Of a stretch of DNA of 64,000 nucleotides, positions 1-11,779 are shown piece after piece (the first letter of the stretch is position 1; every line of letters starts with the position of its first letter). Both the position numbers and the translations under genes were made by a program. Source of the DNA: a bacterium. GTDB lineage: Bacteria > Hydrothermota > Tepidihabitantia > Tepidihabitantales > Tepidihabitantaceae. The stretch lies in assembly GCA_035505375.1 (NCBI GenBank), contig DATJQV010000081.1, forward strand, positions 151,423-215,422. Direction: 5' to 3'. The notes under the pieces are model-generated. The model saw only the letters and a program-made list of their open reading frames with translations. It was not told the origin of the DNA and ran no database searches.

Positions 1-321
1 GTCGATCTGGCGCTCCAGCTTGCCCGGCAACCAGACGTCGTCCGCGTCCAGGAATGCGAGGTAGTCACCACTTGCCCGCGCTATTCCGAGGTTACGTGTT
101 GCGCTGACACCGAGATTGGCGTGCCGTTCATGGTGTAGTGCGCAGATTCTCTTGTCCGAGTTCGCCAGTCGCTCAATTGTATTCCAGCTGCTGTCGCTGG
201 AGCCGTCATCGATCAGCAGCAACTCCCAATTCTGGTACGTCTGGTCAACGACACTTCTCACCGCCTGTTCGACGTACATCTCGCAGTTGTAGACCGGACA
301 TATGACCGATACGAGAGGCAT
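1..321 (-). CDS. Family 2 glycosyltransferase, N-terminal part only; the gene runs off the window start
   Basis: The reverse complement from an ATG at 319-321 translates to MPLVSVICPVYNCEMYVEQAVRSVVDQTYQNWELLLIDDGSSDSSWNTIERLANSDKRICALHH...DADDVWLPGKLERQID. This is the classic GT2 N-terminus (CPVYN, DDGSxD, DxD motifs). It is absent from the ORF track because it has no stop inside the window. Confidence 0.7.
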   Translation of the reverse strand, partial: MPLVSVICPVYNCEMYVEQAVRSVVDQTYQNWELLLIDDGSSDSSWNTIERLANSDKRICALHHERHANLGVSATRNLGIARASGDYLAFLDADDVWLPGKLERQID

Positions 322-333
322 TAGCGGCACCGC

Positions 334-1842
334 TCATCCCTGGCGAGGCTGTGCCCGCCTCCACCGACGTAGCAGCATCTCCCTGCCCCTGAGCATGCGA
401 GCCCTCAAACCCGGGGCTGGCTGCTGGAGGTCCCGGCCCTTGAACGTCCCCTGCCTGATTCCAAGAGCCTGGTAGTACTTGTGGGGTCTGCCGTAGGACC
501 CCATGTAGTATCCATACACCAAAGCGGCTTCCTTTGGTTTCGGGGCCAGGTCGGAAACAAGCATCTCCGCGAGCTCGGATTGAGACTTCGGGACGTAGTT
601 GCCGCCCAGAGAACGGTAGAATGACATCCCGGCGAGCATCGACGGCTTGCCCCAATACACCGCCTCGATGCCGGCAGTGGAGCCAAAGGAAAGAACCTTG
701 GTGCTGCTGTCCATCAAAGCGTATGTGCTGACCGGAGAATCGGGCTGGATTACCGTCAGGTTATGCTGCGACAACCCGCGTAGTGCCCGGGTGTACGGGT
801 TATCCACGTTGCGAAGATTAGGATGTACCCGGAGATAGAGGTGAACTTCGTTATTGCCAGCAATCCTGGGATCGGCCAGTATGCGCTGAATTGCCTCAAG
901 TTGGTCCGAGTACAGAGGATTTCGCCACTCCTGCCCGGCTGCCTCGAACTCATCCTCCGAGGAACAGAATATCGCCACGTTGCGCTTCGCTCCGTTCCAG
1001 CCTTCGGGCAGCAAGCCCGGCTTCTGCTCGCCGACAAACGAAAACCAGGACTGCTCTTCTCCGCGTCTTCGCTGCGAGTAGAAGGCATCGGCAATGCCTG
1101 CCTTCTTTTCAATGTCGGGTTCGGCTGCCCACCGGCTGCGGATTAGCGACGTTACATACTCCAGGTCGTGGGGCAGCGCGTTCTCGTAAATCGCGTAGTG
1201 CTGTATGTCATGGCCGCGGTCATGGACGAAACACTCGGTCTTGTTCGCCTGGCAGGCCCTCAGGACGGCTCTGGTGTACGCGAATCGTCCATTGAACACG
1301 TAGACTCGGTCAGGATGTGCGCGCCTGATGAAGTCTTGCGTGAACGAATACAGGTCGTCGCACGACCTCAGGTACCTCTGGACAAGCTGAGAGTGCTCCC
1401 GCATGTCGGGTTTGGGGTCCCGGCAGAAGCTGATGACGGACGAGAGTGCGGCTTCACCCGCGTCAAAACCGTCGACGACATAATGTCGAAGCTCGTCCTT
1501 GTCGACGAAACCAGACTGCAGACGGGCTTTCGCCACGCCGGAAGGGGCGGCGATCCTCTCGCGCCGCACGCGCCCCTTCAGCAGCCTCGCGCCGTTGTTC
1601 CTCCTCCTGACACAGGCGTCGCAGCGGTCGCGGTCCGGAAGCAGCGGATCCAGGCCCCGGCGGACGTTGTGGGAGACAATCAGATCGCACGTACTCAAGC
1701 CCCGGTCGCAGACAACATGGGTGACGTGGTCCCCGGCGTCCAGGTGCTCCTGCATGATATCCAACTCCGTCTCATAGTGCGGAGTCCAGAGCACGTGCGT
1801 AGAGAAAACAGCCACTCTCATAGTCTTCGCCGTGCCTCGCAA
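334..1842 (-). CDS. Capsule-polysaccharide-biosynthesis (KpsS/KpsC, Capsule_synth PF05159-like) protein; candidate nonulosonic-acid/Kdo-type transferase
   Basis: 502 aa ORF. The C-terminal region (LYLRVHPNLRN...VLSFGSTAGIEAVYWGKP) resembles the KpsS/KpsC/LpsZ family. It sits in the pse locus. Confidence 0.5.
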   Translation of the reverse strand: MRGTAKTMRVAVFSTHVLWTPHYETELDIMQEHLDAGDHVTHVVCDRGLSTCDLIVSHNVRRGLDPLLPDRDRCDACVRRRNNGARLLKGRVRRERIAAPSGVAKARLQSGFVDKDELRHYVVDGFDAGEAALSSVISFCRDPKPDMREHSQLVQRYLRSCDDLYSFTQDFIRRAHPDRVYVFNGRFAYTRAVLRACQANKTECFVHDRGHDIQHYAIYENALPHDLEYVTSLIRSRWAAEPDIEKKAGIADAFYSQRRRGEEQSWFSFVGEQKPGLLPEGWNGAKRNVAIFCSSEDEFEAAGQEWRNPLYSDQLEAIQRILADPRIAGNNEVHLYLRVHPNLRNVDNPYTRALRGLSQHNLTVIQPDSPVSTYALMDSSTKVLSFGSTAGIEAVYWGKPSMLAGMSFYRSLGGNYVPKSQSELAEMLVSDLAPKPKEAALVYGYYMGSYGRPHKYYQALGIRQGTFKGRDLQQPAPGLRARMLRGREMLLRRWRRAQPRQG

Positions 1843-1896
1843 CGCTGGCCTCGCGGCTCAAACGGTGCCTCGCGAGCCGTCATGCGGCGCACGGAG

Positions 1897-2949
1897 TCAG
1901 GTTCCGCGTCCTCCCTCGATGTCATCCCACGACAGCGGCGTGCCGCGCGCGATGTCTCTGGCTGCTCGACGCCCCAGGACTTCGGGCAGATGCCTGGGCG
2001 CCAGTCCGTGGCTGGGCCGGATTGAGCGAACGTTCTTCCCGGTGAAGGCCTCGCCGGCTTTCACGTCCTCAACCGCGAACAGCGAACGCCGGAGTACGCG
2101 GCTTGCGGCCTCACGCTCTGTCGGTTCGTAGCTGACCACGCCCAGTGCCTTCTCAACAACACGGATGGCGTCGACCATCGTCTTGAACTCCGGCGGTTCC
2201 AAGGAGAAAGCGCTGTCCGGCCCGCCATCAGCGCGCGACAGCGTGAAGTGCTTCTCAATGATGCAGGCTCCCAGCGCGACCGCAGCCACCGGGACCGCGA
2301 TGCCAAGGGTATGGTCGGAAAGCCCCACGGGCACACCGAATGCCTCTGACATATGCGGAATCGTTCGCAGATTCATCTCTTCCGGCGGAGCCGGATACCC
2401 GCTGTTGCACTTGAGCAATGCCAGTTCGGCGCATCCAGCCAGCCGGAGCGTCTGGACGGCTTCCTCAATCTCTGCGAGCGTCGCCATACCGGTTGATAGT
2501 ATAACCGGTTTCCCGGTCGAAGCGACTTTCTCCAGGAGGGCAGTATCCACCAGCTCAAATGAAGCAATCTTGTAGGCGGGCACTCCCATCTTCTCGAGAA
2601 AGTCCACCGCGGTATCGTCAAACGGGCTGGAAAAAAGGTCCGGCCCGAGCCCGGCAGCGACCTCCTTGAGTCTGGGTTGCCATTCCCAGGGAGTGTATGC
2701 CTCGCCATACAAGTCATACAGATTCCTGCCCTCCCAGGCGGTCCCTTTGATGCGGAAGTACTCGTTGTCGCAGTCGATGGTCAACGTATCAGGCGTGTAG
2801 GTCTGGAGTTTGACTGCGTCAGCACCAACCTCCTTTGCGGCCTGGACAATCCGCACTGCCTGCTCAAAGCTCTGGTTGTGGTTGGCCGACATCTCGGCAA
2901 CGATGTAGGTGGGTTTGCCGCGGCCGACTTCCCGGCGTCCGACGATCAC
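1897..2949 (-). CDS. pseI: Pseudaminic acid synthase (NeuB family N-acetylneuraminate-type synthase)
   Basis: 350 aa. TIM-barrel NeuB motifs are present (KPTYIVAEMSANHNQS, KLQTY, LSDHT) and there is a C-terminal SAF/antifreeze-like domain. The Pse rather than Neu assignment comes from the neighbouring pseBCFGH genes. Confidence 0.8.
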   Translation of the reverse strand: MIVGRREVGRGKPTYIVAEMSANHNQSFEQAVRIVQAAKEVGADAVKLQTYTPDTLTIDCDNEYFRIKGTAWEGRNLYDLYGEAYTPWEWQPRLKEVAAGLGPDLFSSPFDDTAVDFLEKMGVPAYKIASFELVDTALLEKVASTGKPVILSTGMATLAEIEEAVQTLRLAGCAELALLKCNSGYPAPPEEMNLRTIPHMSEAFGVPVGLSDHTLGIAVPVAAVALGACIIEKHFTLSRADGGPDSAFSLEPPEFKTMVDAIRVVEKALGVVSYEPTEREAASRVLRRSLFAVEDVKAGEAFTGKNVRSIRPSHGLAPRHLPEVLGRRAARDIARGTPLSWDDIEGGRGT

Positions 2950-4490
2950 ACAAAGTCCTCTCGTCTCGCCATCAGCCGCAGAGCTCGCTGTCCCTTCTGA
3001 ACGGTGGTGCCTGCTTCAGCGTACCCTGCTTTCTGAAACGCCCGCAGGGAACGCGTGTTCCCGGGTTTGACGTAGGCCTGTATGGACTCCACCCGGCTGT
3101 CGGCGAAGCACTGCCGAGAGCCGCGCAATATCAAGGGCGCACCGTAGCCTCGGCCGCGCGCCTCCCTGGCAATGCCAACCGAGACGACCGCCTCGTCGCC
3201 TCTTACCGTGAAACGAACCTGGCCGATGGGCTGGTCACCGCTGTTCAACGCGACGTAGAAGAAATCGGTCGGTGAACTCACGTGGTTCCGGAACCACTGC
3301 TCATGGGTGTGAAGGGGGATCACCTCCGACGAGAACGACGCAGCACGGGCCTGAGAATCGTTTCTCCACTCCCAGACCAGCCGGCTGTCATCGAGACGCG
3401 CGCGACGCAGCGTCAACTCCGCGGCGCGCAAGCCAACGACCACGCGCTCGGCTCCGGCACCATCGACCGTCCGCAATCCAAGCTCTCTCATCGCGCGACG
3501 TCGGCCCTCGTCGGCAAGCAGCGCCGAGATATCCGCAGACAGCCGGGAGACCACCGTCTTCCTGGCGACTCCGGCCCGGTCAAGCGCGTCAGCAACCATG
3601 GTCTGGTTGTCCGCAAGCACGAGCACGAGGCTGGGCACACCCGCGTGCGCCAGTTCCCAGCAGGTACTGCCGCCGGCCGCGACCGCAGTGTCCGCCCAGG
3701 CCATCAACTCGGGCATGTTCAGGGTGTTCCGCACCAGGTGTATCCGGTGGCCGCGTGACTGGAGTCTGGCGCTCCTCACCGCGACCTGCAGGGCCGCTCG
3801 GTGAGGATTGCTCGCCCCGAGCACGATGGTCACCTCCAACCCCTCTACGGGAACCCGTTCCAGCGCACGGATAACCTTGAGCGTCACGTTGTCCGGGTCG
3901 CTTCCGCCCATCGTCACGAGGACCTTGCGGGCCTCTCGCGGTGTCTCTCGCTCCCGGCCTCGCCGCTTCAGGAACTCGGTCCGCAATAGCACGTACCGCG
4001 TACCGAGAAGCAGCCTGGTGTCGCGGTCGCAGTGATAGTGCAGCTTCTCGGCGCCCAGGTTCTGGTTGAGCACGATGTCGGCATGGTACTTCGGCCAGTG
4101 CGCCATGTCGTCGATGGCGAGCATCCGCACCCCGGCGGCGCGCGCTGCCTTCTGGTACTCCGGGTCGAAGTGGTAGCCGTCAATCGCGAGCCAGTCCGGC
4201 TTGAGTGTCTCGATGAGCCGCAACGTCGTGTGCAGATCCGCCGGATTCGGGTGCGCGTCCTTCAGCGACACAAATCGCGCACCTTCAGTGCGGACGCGCC
4301 GACGAAGCGCAGGACTGGGGCAGTGACTGAGAAACGTAGTTCGCATGCCCTGTGCCTGCCACGCCTGAGCAAGTGCGAGGCAGCGCATCAGATGTCCCGT
4401 GCCGATCTCGGTATTCGCGTCTGCGCGGATCAGGAGTGTTTCAACTGTCTTTCGTCGCTCGCCGCGCTGAACGTCGCGTCCCCTCGTCAT
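2946..4490 (-). CDS. pseGH: Fused PseG (UDP-2,4-diacetamido-2,4,6-trideoxy-beta-L-altropyranose hydrolase) and PseH (GNAT N-acetyltransferase)
   Basis: The N-terminal two thirds are an MurG-like GT-B hydrolase fold (LLIRADANTEIGTGHLMRC...VLVTMGGSDPDN). The C-terminal roughly 160 aa form a GNAT domain (QVRFTVRGDEAVVSVGIAREARGRGYG). The start is taken at the Met at 4490, although the ORF is open up to 4586. Confidence 0.7.
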   Translation of the reverse strand: MTRGRDVQRGERRKTVETLLIRADANTEIGTGHLMRCLALAQAWQAQGMRTTFLSHCPSPALRRRVRTEGARFVSLKDAHPNPADLHTTLRLIETLKPDWLAIDGYHFDPEYQKAARAAGVRMLAIDDMAHWPKYHADIVLNQNLGAEKLHYHCDRDTRLLLGTRYVLLRTEFLKRRGRERETPREARKVLVTMGGSDPDNVTLKVIRALERVPVEGLEVTIVLGASNPHRAALQVAVRSARLQSRGHRIHLVRNTLNMPELMAWADTAVAAGGSTCWELAHAGVPSLVLVLADNQTMVADALDRAGVARKTVVSRLSADISALLADEGRRRAMRELGLRTVDGAGAERVVVGLRAAELTLRRARLDDSRLVWEWRNDSQARAASFSSEVIPLHTHEQWFRNHVSSPTDFFYVALNSGDQPIGQVRFTVRGDEAVVSVGIAREARGRGYGAPLILRGSRQCFADSRVESIQAYVKPGNTRSLRAFQKAGYAEAGTTVQKGQRALRLMARREDFV

Positions 4491-4498
4491 CGATTCAT

Positions 4499-5632
4499 CT
4501 AGGTGGGGAAGTCCCTGCCTACCCTGAATCTCGGCTTCCATCTTACCGTGGCCCCGTCCCTTTCGAAGATGCTCTTGTTGACCCACCGGTCGGTGATCGT
4601 CCAGAACTCCGCTTCATCCATGCCGATGTACTCGCAGAACTCACGGATGTAACGTTCGTCACACTTGCCGTCATACCGCTCCACAAGCTCGGCCGCCTCC
4701 TGTCTTGACATTCGTCCTTCTCTTATGAAGTAGCAGACTTCGTCGGTGACGAAACCGAAACCGAACTTGTAGAACTTCAGCATCTGGTTGACGATCTGCA
4801 TGTCGGAGTCGATGGAGCAGTGCGGGCTCAACCGTCCGGTCAGGCTCGGCTCGTGGCCCGGCCTTCCCCGGAGGCCGTGATCGACCGCAAACTGAATATT
4901 GGCGCTGTAGGACCACTCCTTCACATAGTGGCCGATCCAGATGGCTCTGATTCCGGCCCGTCCGAGCTCGGCCGCGTCCGGGAATTGGTAGAACTGCAGG
5001 TCCTTCAGCCCGATACCATCCTGCACCCAGTCACCGGCGTTCCCTCCGCCCAGCGTGTTGTGCTGCCTGATCATCAGGGCGTCGTCGCCCGGGGGGATGC
5101 TCTCAACGACGCCAAGCGTGGCGGCCGGGTTCTCCCCCTGGATGACCAGCGGGATCCCGAACCTCAGGGCGGCCTGGTATGACACGGCAAACAACGAGTA
5201 CTCCGATGGCTTGACCGGATTGCCGTGCTCGATGAACGACCGCCGCGCAAGCGCGCGGATTACGCGGGGATTCGGTCGGTAGGAAATCATGTCGAACCCA
5301 TGTTGAACCAGATTCTCGAGGTTGCTGCGTCCCACGTCCGTGATGCCGTCGGGCGCGCAGTTCACCAGCAGCGCCCGCAGTCCGAGCCGGTCCCTTGTAT
5401 AGAAGGCCTGGACGTGGCTATCCTTACCTCCGCTGACCCCGATAATGCAATCGAAGCCTTGCCTTGCTCTTCCCCTGGCCCAATCGGCAATCTCGCGGAG
5501 CCTCTTATCTCTTTCGGCCCAGTCAATCCGAGCCGTCTCCTCCCAGTAGCGGCAGGCCGCGCATACGCCTTCTTTGTCGAATACGAGACCGGGTCTTGTA
5601 TCGGGCTGGACGCACTTCTTGCAGTACTTCAA
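4499..5632 (-). CDS. pseA: N-acetyl sugar amidotransferase (PP-loop ATPase, PseA/WbuX-like; acetamidino-forming)
   Basis: PP-loop motif SGGKDS. An N-terminal Cys-rich segment KYCKKCVQPDTRPGLVFDKEGVCAAC is typical of LPS-type amidotransferases. The proposed TTG start at 5630-5632 is preceded by AAGGAGG at an 8-nt spacing. The ORF track extends further, to 5737. Confidence 0.7.
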   Translation of the reverse strand: MKYCKKCVQPDTRPGLVFDKEGVCAACRYWEETARIDWAERDKRLREIADWARGRARQGFDCIIGVSGGKDSHVQAFYTRDRLGLRALLVNCAPDGITDVGRSNLENLVQHGFDMISYRPNPRVIRALARRSFIEHGNPVKPSEYSLFAVSYQAALRFGIPLVIQGENPAATLGVVESIPPGDDALMIRQHNTLGGGNAGDWVQDGIGLKDLQFYQFPDAAELGRAGIRAIWIGHYVKEWSYSANIQFAVDHGLRGRPGHEPSLTGRLSPHCSIDSDMQIVNQMLKFYKFGFGFVTDEVCYFIREGRMSRQEAAELVERYDGKCDERYIREFCEYIGMDEAEFWTITDRWVNKSIFERDGATVRWKPRFRVGRDFPT

Positions 5633-5687
5633 CCTGCCGGCCTCCTTATGTGGACCGTGGCGGGGACGCGGGCCAAGAGTGCCTTGC

Positions 5688-6407
5688 TCATAGGTCGCGT
5701 GCGTCAGACGAATCAGGCATCTGGCCGGCGACCGCAAACAGCTTCTCGGCGAATTCCCAGTCTTCAGGAGTATCGATATCCTGGACGAGATAACGAGGTA
5801 TCAAGATGGGCAGGGCGTCACTGGAGAGCAAGCGTTTCTCGCGCTGGTACTTCTCCACGTCGCACCAGTAGAACTGACCGGCATCGTGGAATACGTCAGG
5901 CAGGTCCTGCGACCGTTTGGAGAGATTCTCGGGCCAGACCATCTCGACACGCCCCCGGTCGTTCAGTTTCAGCGAACGGAAGATAGGGTACGGGTACGTC
6001 GCAACCGAGAAAACCGAGGTAGCCTCATGCTCACGCATAACCTCCAACCCTCTGCTGATGTACTCCGGCCGGATGAGTGGGGCGGTCGCGTAGATGCAGC
6101 AGGCGTAACGGGCCGGCTGGTCGTGCTCGGCGAGCCAATTGAGAGCATGGATGATGACGGCATCGGTACCGGTGTGGTCGTCTGCCAGCTCGGCCGGACG
6201 CCGGAAAGGCACCTCGGCTCCGAATCGCTTGGCGACCTCCATAATCGCATCCGAGTCCGTTGAAACGATGATCCGGTCGAAGACACCGCTTTTCTGAGCA
6301 GCTCGGATGGAATGGGCAATCATCGGCAGGCCCGCGAAAATCTTGATGTTCTTGTCGGGTATTCGCTTACTCCCTGCCCGGGCAGGGATGATGGCTACGA
6401 CTCTCAC
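5688..6407 (-). CDS. pseF: Pseudaminic acid cytidylyltransferase (CMP-nonulosonate synthetase family)
   Basis: 239 aa. MRVVAIIPARAGSKRIPDKN is the acylneuraminate cytidylyltransferase signature. Confidence 0.8.
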   Translation of the reverse strand: MRVVAIIPARAGSKRIPDKNIKIFAGLPMIAHSIRAAQKSGVFDRIIVSTDSDAIMEVAKRFGAEVPFRRPAELADDHTGTDAVIIHALNWLAEHDQPARYACCIYATAPLIRPEYISRGLEVMREHEATSVFSVATYPYPIFRSLKLNDRGRVEMVWPENLSKRSQDLPDVFHDAGQFYWCDVEKYQREKRLLSSDALPILIPRYLVQDIDTPEDWEFAEKLFAVAGQMPDSSDARDL

Positions 6408-7594
6408 TTCCGGTACACCCCAATCACCTTGGTCAGAGCAAGGACCACGTCGCTGGCATCACTGTCGCTCATCGCGGGGAAGAGCGGCAGCGTCAGCATT
6501 CGGTCATACGCCTCTTCGGCCACCGGGCAGTCGCCCGGTTTCGTGCCGAAACGTCGCCGGTAGAATGGGTGTAGGTGCACCGGAACGTAGTGGACGTTCA
6601 CGCCGATGTTCTCGGCACGAAGCGCCGCAAAGATGCGGGCGCGGTCCACCTTCAGCCGCTCAAGCTGCAACTGCACCACATAGAGATGATAGGCATGACC
6701 CACTCCGGGCCGGACGCGCAGCGGCCTCACTTCCGGCATGTCGGCGAAAGCGCGGTTGTAGGTCGCGGCAATCTCGCGGCGCCGGGAAACCCACGCCGGC
6801 AGCTTCGCCAACTGGCTTAGACCCAGGGCGCACTGGAAATCGGTCATCCGGTAGTTGTAGCCGAGTTCCGTCATCTCATAGAACCAGGAGCCCCTCTCTT
6901 CGCGCTGACGATGGTCGGTGGTGATGCCATGGTTGCGGAAGATACGCATGCGCCCTGCCCGTTCGGGGTCGTCGGTCGTAATCATGCCGCCCTCGCCGGT
7001 CGTGACGTGTTTCACGGGATGAAATGAGAAGGTGCTCAGGTCTGCCAGCGAGCCGACCGGCCGCTCTCGATAGCTGCCGCCGATGGCGTGGCAGGCGTCC
7101 GCGACCAGTGCGAGCCTGTTCCTGCCCGTGACCTCGCGCAGAACGTCATAGTCGCAGGCTTGCCCGGCGTAGTCAACGGCGATGACCGCCCTGGTGCGGC
7201 GAGTGATGCGGGACTCGACCTGGCCCGGATTCAGCAACAGCGTGTCCGGGTCCACGTCGGCGAAGACCGGCGTGCCGCCCTGGTAGACGACGCAGTTGGC
7301 GCTGGCGGCAAAGGTCATGGCCGGCACAATCACCTCGTCACCTGGGCCGATTTCGAGGGCGAACATCGCGGCGTGAAGGGCAGCGGTACCGCTGCTTACA
7401 GCCACAGCCTCATTCGTGCCCACGGATTTGGCGAAGCCGCGCTCGAACTCCGCGACCCTCGGACCGGTGGTCAGCCAATCCCCTCGCAGAACCTCTACGA
7501 CCGCCCGGATGTCTTCTTCGTCAATGGACTGGTGGCCGTAGGCCAGCAGCTTCGGGCGGACCGGGGCACCGCCGTCAATCGCCAGTGACGTCAT
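6404..7594 (-). CDS. pseC: DegT/DnrJ/EryC1/StrS-family PLP aminotransferase (UDP-4-amino-4,6-dideoxy-N-acetyl-beta-L-altrosamine transaminase)
   Basis: 396 aa. It has the aminotransferase fold with a PLP-lysine region (FSFHPVKHVTTGEGG). It shows ATGA overlap coupling with pseF. Confidence 0.8.
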   Translation of the reverse strand: MTSLAIDGGAPVRPKLLAYGHQSIDEEDIRAVVEVLRGDWLTTGPRVAEFERGFAKSVGTNEAVAVSSGTAALHAAMFALEIGPGDEVIVPAMTFAASANCVVYQGGTPVFADVDPDTLLLNPGQVESRITRRTRAVIAVDYAGQACDYDVLREVTGRNRLALVADACHAIGGSYRERPVGSLADLSTFSFHPVKHVTTGEGGMITTDDPERAGRMRIFRNHGITTDHRQREERGSWFYEMTELGYNYRMTDFQCALGLSQLAKLPAWVSRRREIAATYNRAFADMPEVRPLRVRPGVGHAYHLYVVQLQLERLKVDRARIFAALRAENIGVNVHYVPVHLHPFYRRRFGTKPGDCPVAEEAYDRMLTLPLFPAMSDSDASDVVLALTKVIGVYRK

Positions 7595-7684
7595 TCCATT
7601 CCTCGCAGGGAGCCCGTCCCGGCGCGTTGGTGTTTGGATGGTACATCGGAGTATGTTAGCTTGCGTAACACGAGAGTCAACAGC

Positions 7685-8137
7685 TCATGGCTCACGGCCC
7701 GCAACAAGCGGCTTGCCAAACCTGCCGGCGGCTGTCCGGGGAAGGCGCAACTCCTGCGCGTGTAACCGCTTGGCCGGCTCGCCGATGTCGAACACATCCG
7801 TCCGTATCTTGGCCAGGACCCTAGGATCGCAGCCACGGGCCGCCCGCTTGCCCAGAAGTACCTGAACAGCCATCGCGAAGCTCTCGCCCGAGATGTGCCT
7901 CTGCCGGCTCAGTTTGTAGAGCTGCCGGCCGAAACTGAGGCAAGGGACATGCTGCGAGGTCGAAACCCCGCAGGCGTTTATGACCTCCCTGACATTGGTC
8001 TCCATCGCGCAGAGTTCGGTCATCGCCGCCTCGTAGCGCAGGGCCATTCCCTCGCGATGGTCGTTGAGCGTGTCCTTAACCCGCTCGACCTTGTACTTCG
8101 CCTTCCATCGCGCCGCACTTTTCACCGGGTCAGCCAT
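7685..8137 (-). CDS. Hypothetical small protein (150 aa); a degenerate second copy lies at about 24470-24834
   Basis: ORF with a balanced amino-acid composition. Its 5' end and upstream leader (ttcctccattcgt...) and two internal blocks are repeated almost verbatim near 24480-24790. No family was recognised. Confidence 0.45.
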   Translation of the reverse strand: MADPVKSAARWKAKYKVERVKDTLNDHREGMALRYEAAMTELCAMETNVREVINACGVSTSQHVPCLSFGRQLYKLSRQRHISGESFAMAVQVLLGKRAARGCDPRVLAKIRTDVFDIGEPAKRLHAQELRLPRTAAGRFGKPLVAGREP

Positions 8138-8380
8138 TCTGTTCCTCCATTCGTACTGCCTGTCTCACACCATCGCATTCCTGCATCGGGACCATGAACA
8201 ACTCAGCGTCCGGAAGCCAGAGGCTGGTCTCCAACCAAGAACCGTAGTATTTCAGAGTTCTGAGCCGTTCATTCTGGACTGTTTGTAGTGGAACGTGAAA
8301 TGTGGCAGCTAGATGACGTAAGGCACTCAAATGTAAGACGATAGTCGATGTGACTCATGAATCAGGATAGCACCTACCGG

Positions 8381-8685
8381 GTCACTCCCCGAGCCACTCC
8401 CCCAGTCACTCCCTGAGTGACTCCCCGAGTGAACCGGTAGGTGATCACCCCGTTGAACTGGCGGGTGAACCCCTGGGTCAGTCGGGGGATTAGTTACAGA
8501 CTGAGCTGGGAATTCATCTACCGACTTACTTGCCGGATAACTTAGTGGTTGAGTCGGTAGGTGACCCTAGGGGCGAGTCGTGGGGTGTATTGGTGGGTGA
8601 ACCGCTGGTTGACCTGCCGGATGACCTGCAGACTGACCAGCCGAATGACTTGAGCGGTGACTTGCCTAGTGACCTGCCGAGTCCA
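8381..8685. repeat. 12-nt-periodic tandem array (about 25 units, GTGAC/GTCAC-containing), copy 1
   Basis: Units include cccagtcactcc, ccgagtgactcc, ggtgacttgcct and agtgacctgccg, with a strict 12-nt register. It lies upstream of, and divergent from, the small ORF at 7685-8137. On the plus strand it reads as xDLP tetrapeptides. Confidence 0.8.
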
Positions 8686-8890
8686 ATCGGCAGCGGTTTC
8701 TCGATTCGGGTTCGATACTCTGCGCCGTGCGCTGAATCAAGCGCCGACAATCGCGCTGCTGCTCGTGATGGTTCTGAGAACGATGTGTGGGTCTGCGCAA
8801 TCGCTGAAGAGCGACGCGCTGACCGTTACGCCGGCCGGAGCCTTGGCCGGTGGCTTGCTTCGGGCCTGCGACCGGGCTTTCCGAGAAGTT

Positions 8891-11223
<2,333 letters not shown>

Positions 11224-11265
11224 GGCAACTCAAGGTTGAGGTTAAGGCTAAGGCCGAGCCATAGA

Positions 11266-11610
11266 TCACCGGTTCGACCTTCTGAGCGTTGAGATGACTT
11301 TGTTCAGGTCGGCGTGAATGGCGTCTAGCTTGTCGGCTATCTCACGGGCGACGGTCGCAGTCAGATAGCCCACGCGCTTGCCATACTCCACATGACTCTG
11401 GGTCTCCGTGACCGAGCCACGAGCGACGTGGTAGAACCTGACCTTGTCGGGTGTGTGACTTCTGCCGAAAGCCTCCGCGATATTTGCGGAGATGCTGAGG
11501 GCCGCTCGCCGAATCTGCGATGTAAACCCATAGTCCTCTTTGCGCGGCAGCTTGTCGGTCAAGACGAAGACCTGCTCAGCCACCGCCATGGCCGACTGCC
11601 AGACAGGCAT
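11266..11610 (-). CDS. Four-helix-bundle protein (PF05635 / 23S rRNA intervening-sequence protein family)
   Basis: The core MPVWQSAMAVAEQVFVLTDKLPRKEDYGFTSQIRRAALSISANIAEAFGR...ARGSVTETQSHVEYG matches family hallmarks. The ORF is open up to 11697, through flanking heptamer repeats. Confidence 0.7.
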   Translation of the reverse strand: MPVWQSAMAVAEQVFVLTDKLPRKEDYGFTSQIRRAALSISANIAEAFGRSHTPDKVRFYHVARGSVTETQSHVEYGKRVGYLTATVAREIADKLDAIHADLNKVISTLRRSNR

Positions 11611-11779
11611 GTCCTTGAATGAAAGATAGGCCGGTCTAGGTTGAGGTAGAGATGGAGGATTAGGTTGAGATTCTGGTCGAGGTCGAGATTCAGACATAGA
11701 CCTTCCTGGACCTTAGCCCTGACCTTGGCCTAACCCTTGCTCCTAACTTCGACCTCAACCTTAGCCTTGACCTCATCGC

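Noticed and set aside
1168-2025. 285-aa plus-strand ORF, and similar long antisense ORFs at 2835-3874, 5225-5986, 6307-6924, 9068-9898, 13963-14916, 15173-16250, 18322-19564, 22051-24067, 28437-29258, 31279-32130, 44620-45311, 51051-51812 and 58261-58896
   Set aside because: Each overlaps a confidently assigned gene on the other strand or in another frame, and has high-GC shadow-ORF composition.
8381-8685. Considered whether the 12-nt-periodic arrays (here, and at 24911-25222 and 41617-41908) are CRISPR arrays
   Set aside because: The period is 12 nt with no alternation of constant repeats and unique spacers. Units drift gradually in sequence, and there are no cas genes. These are simple tandem arrays or tetrapeptide-repeat coding sequences, not CRISPR.
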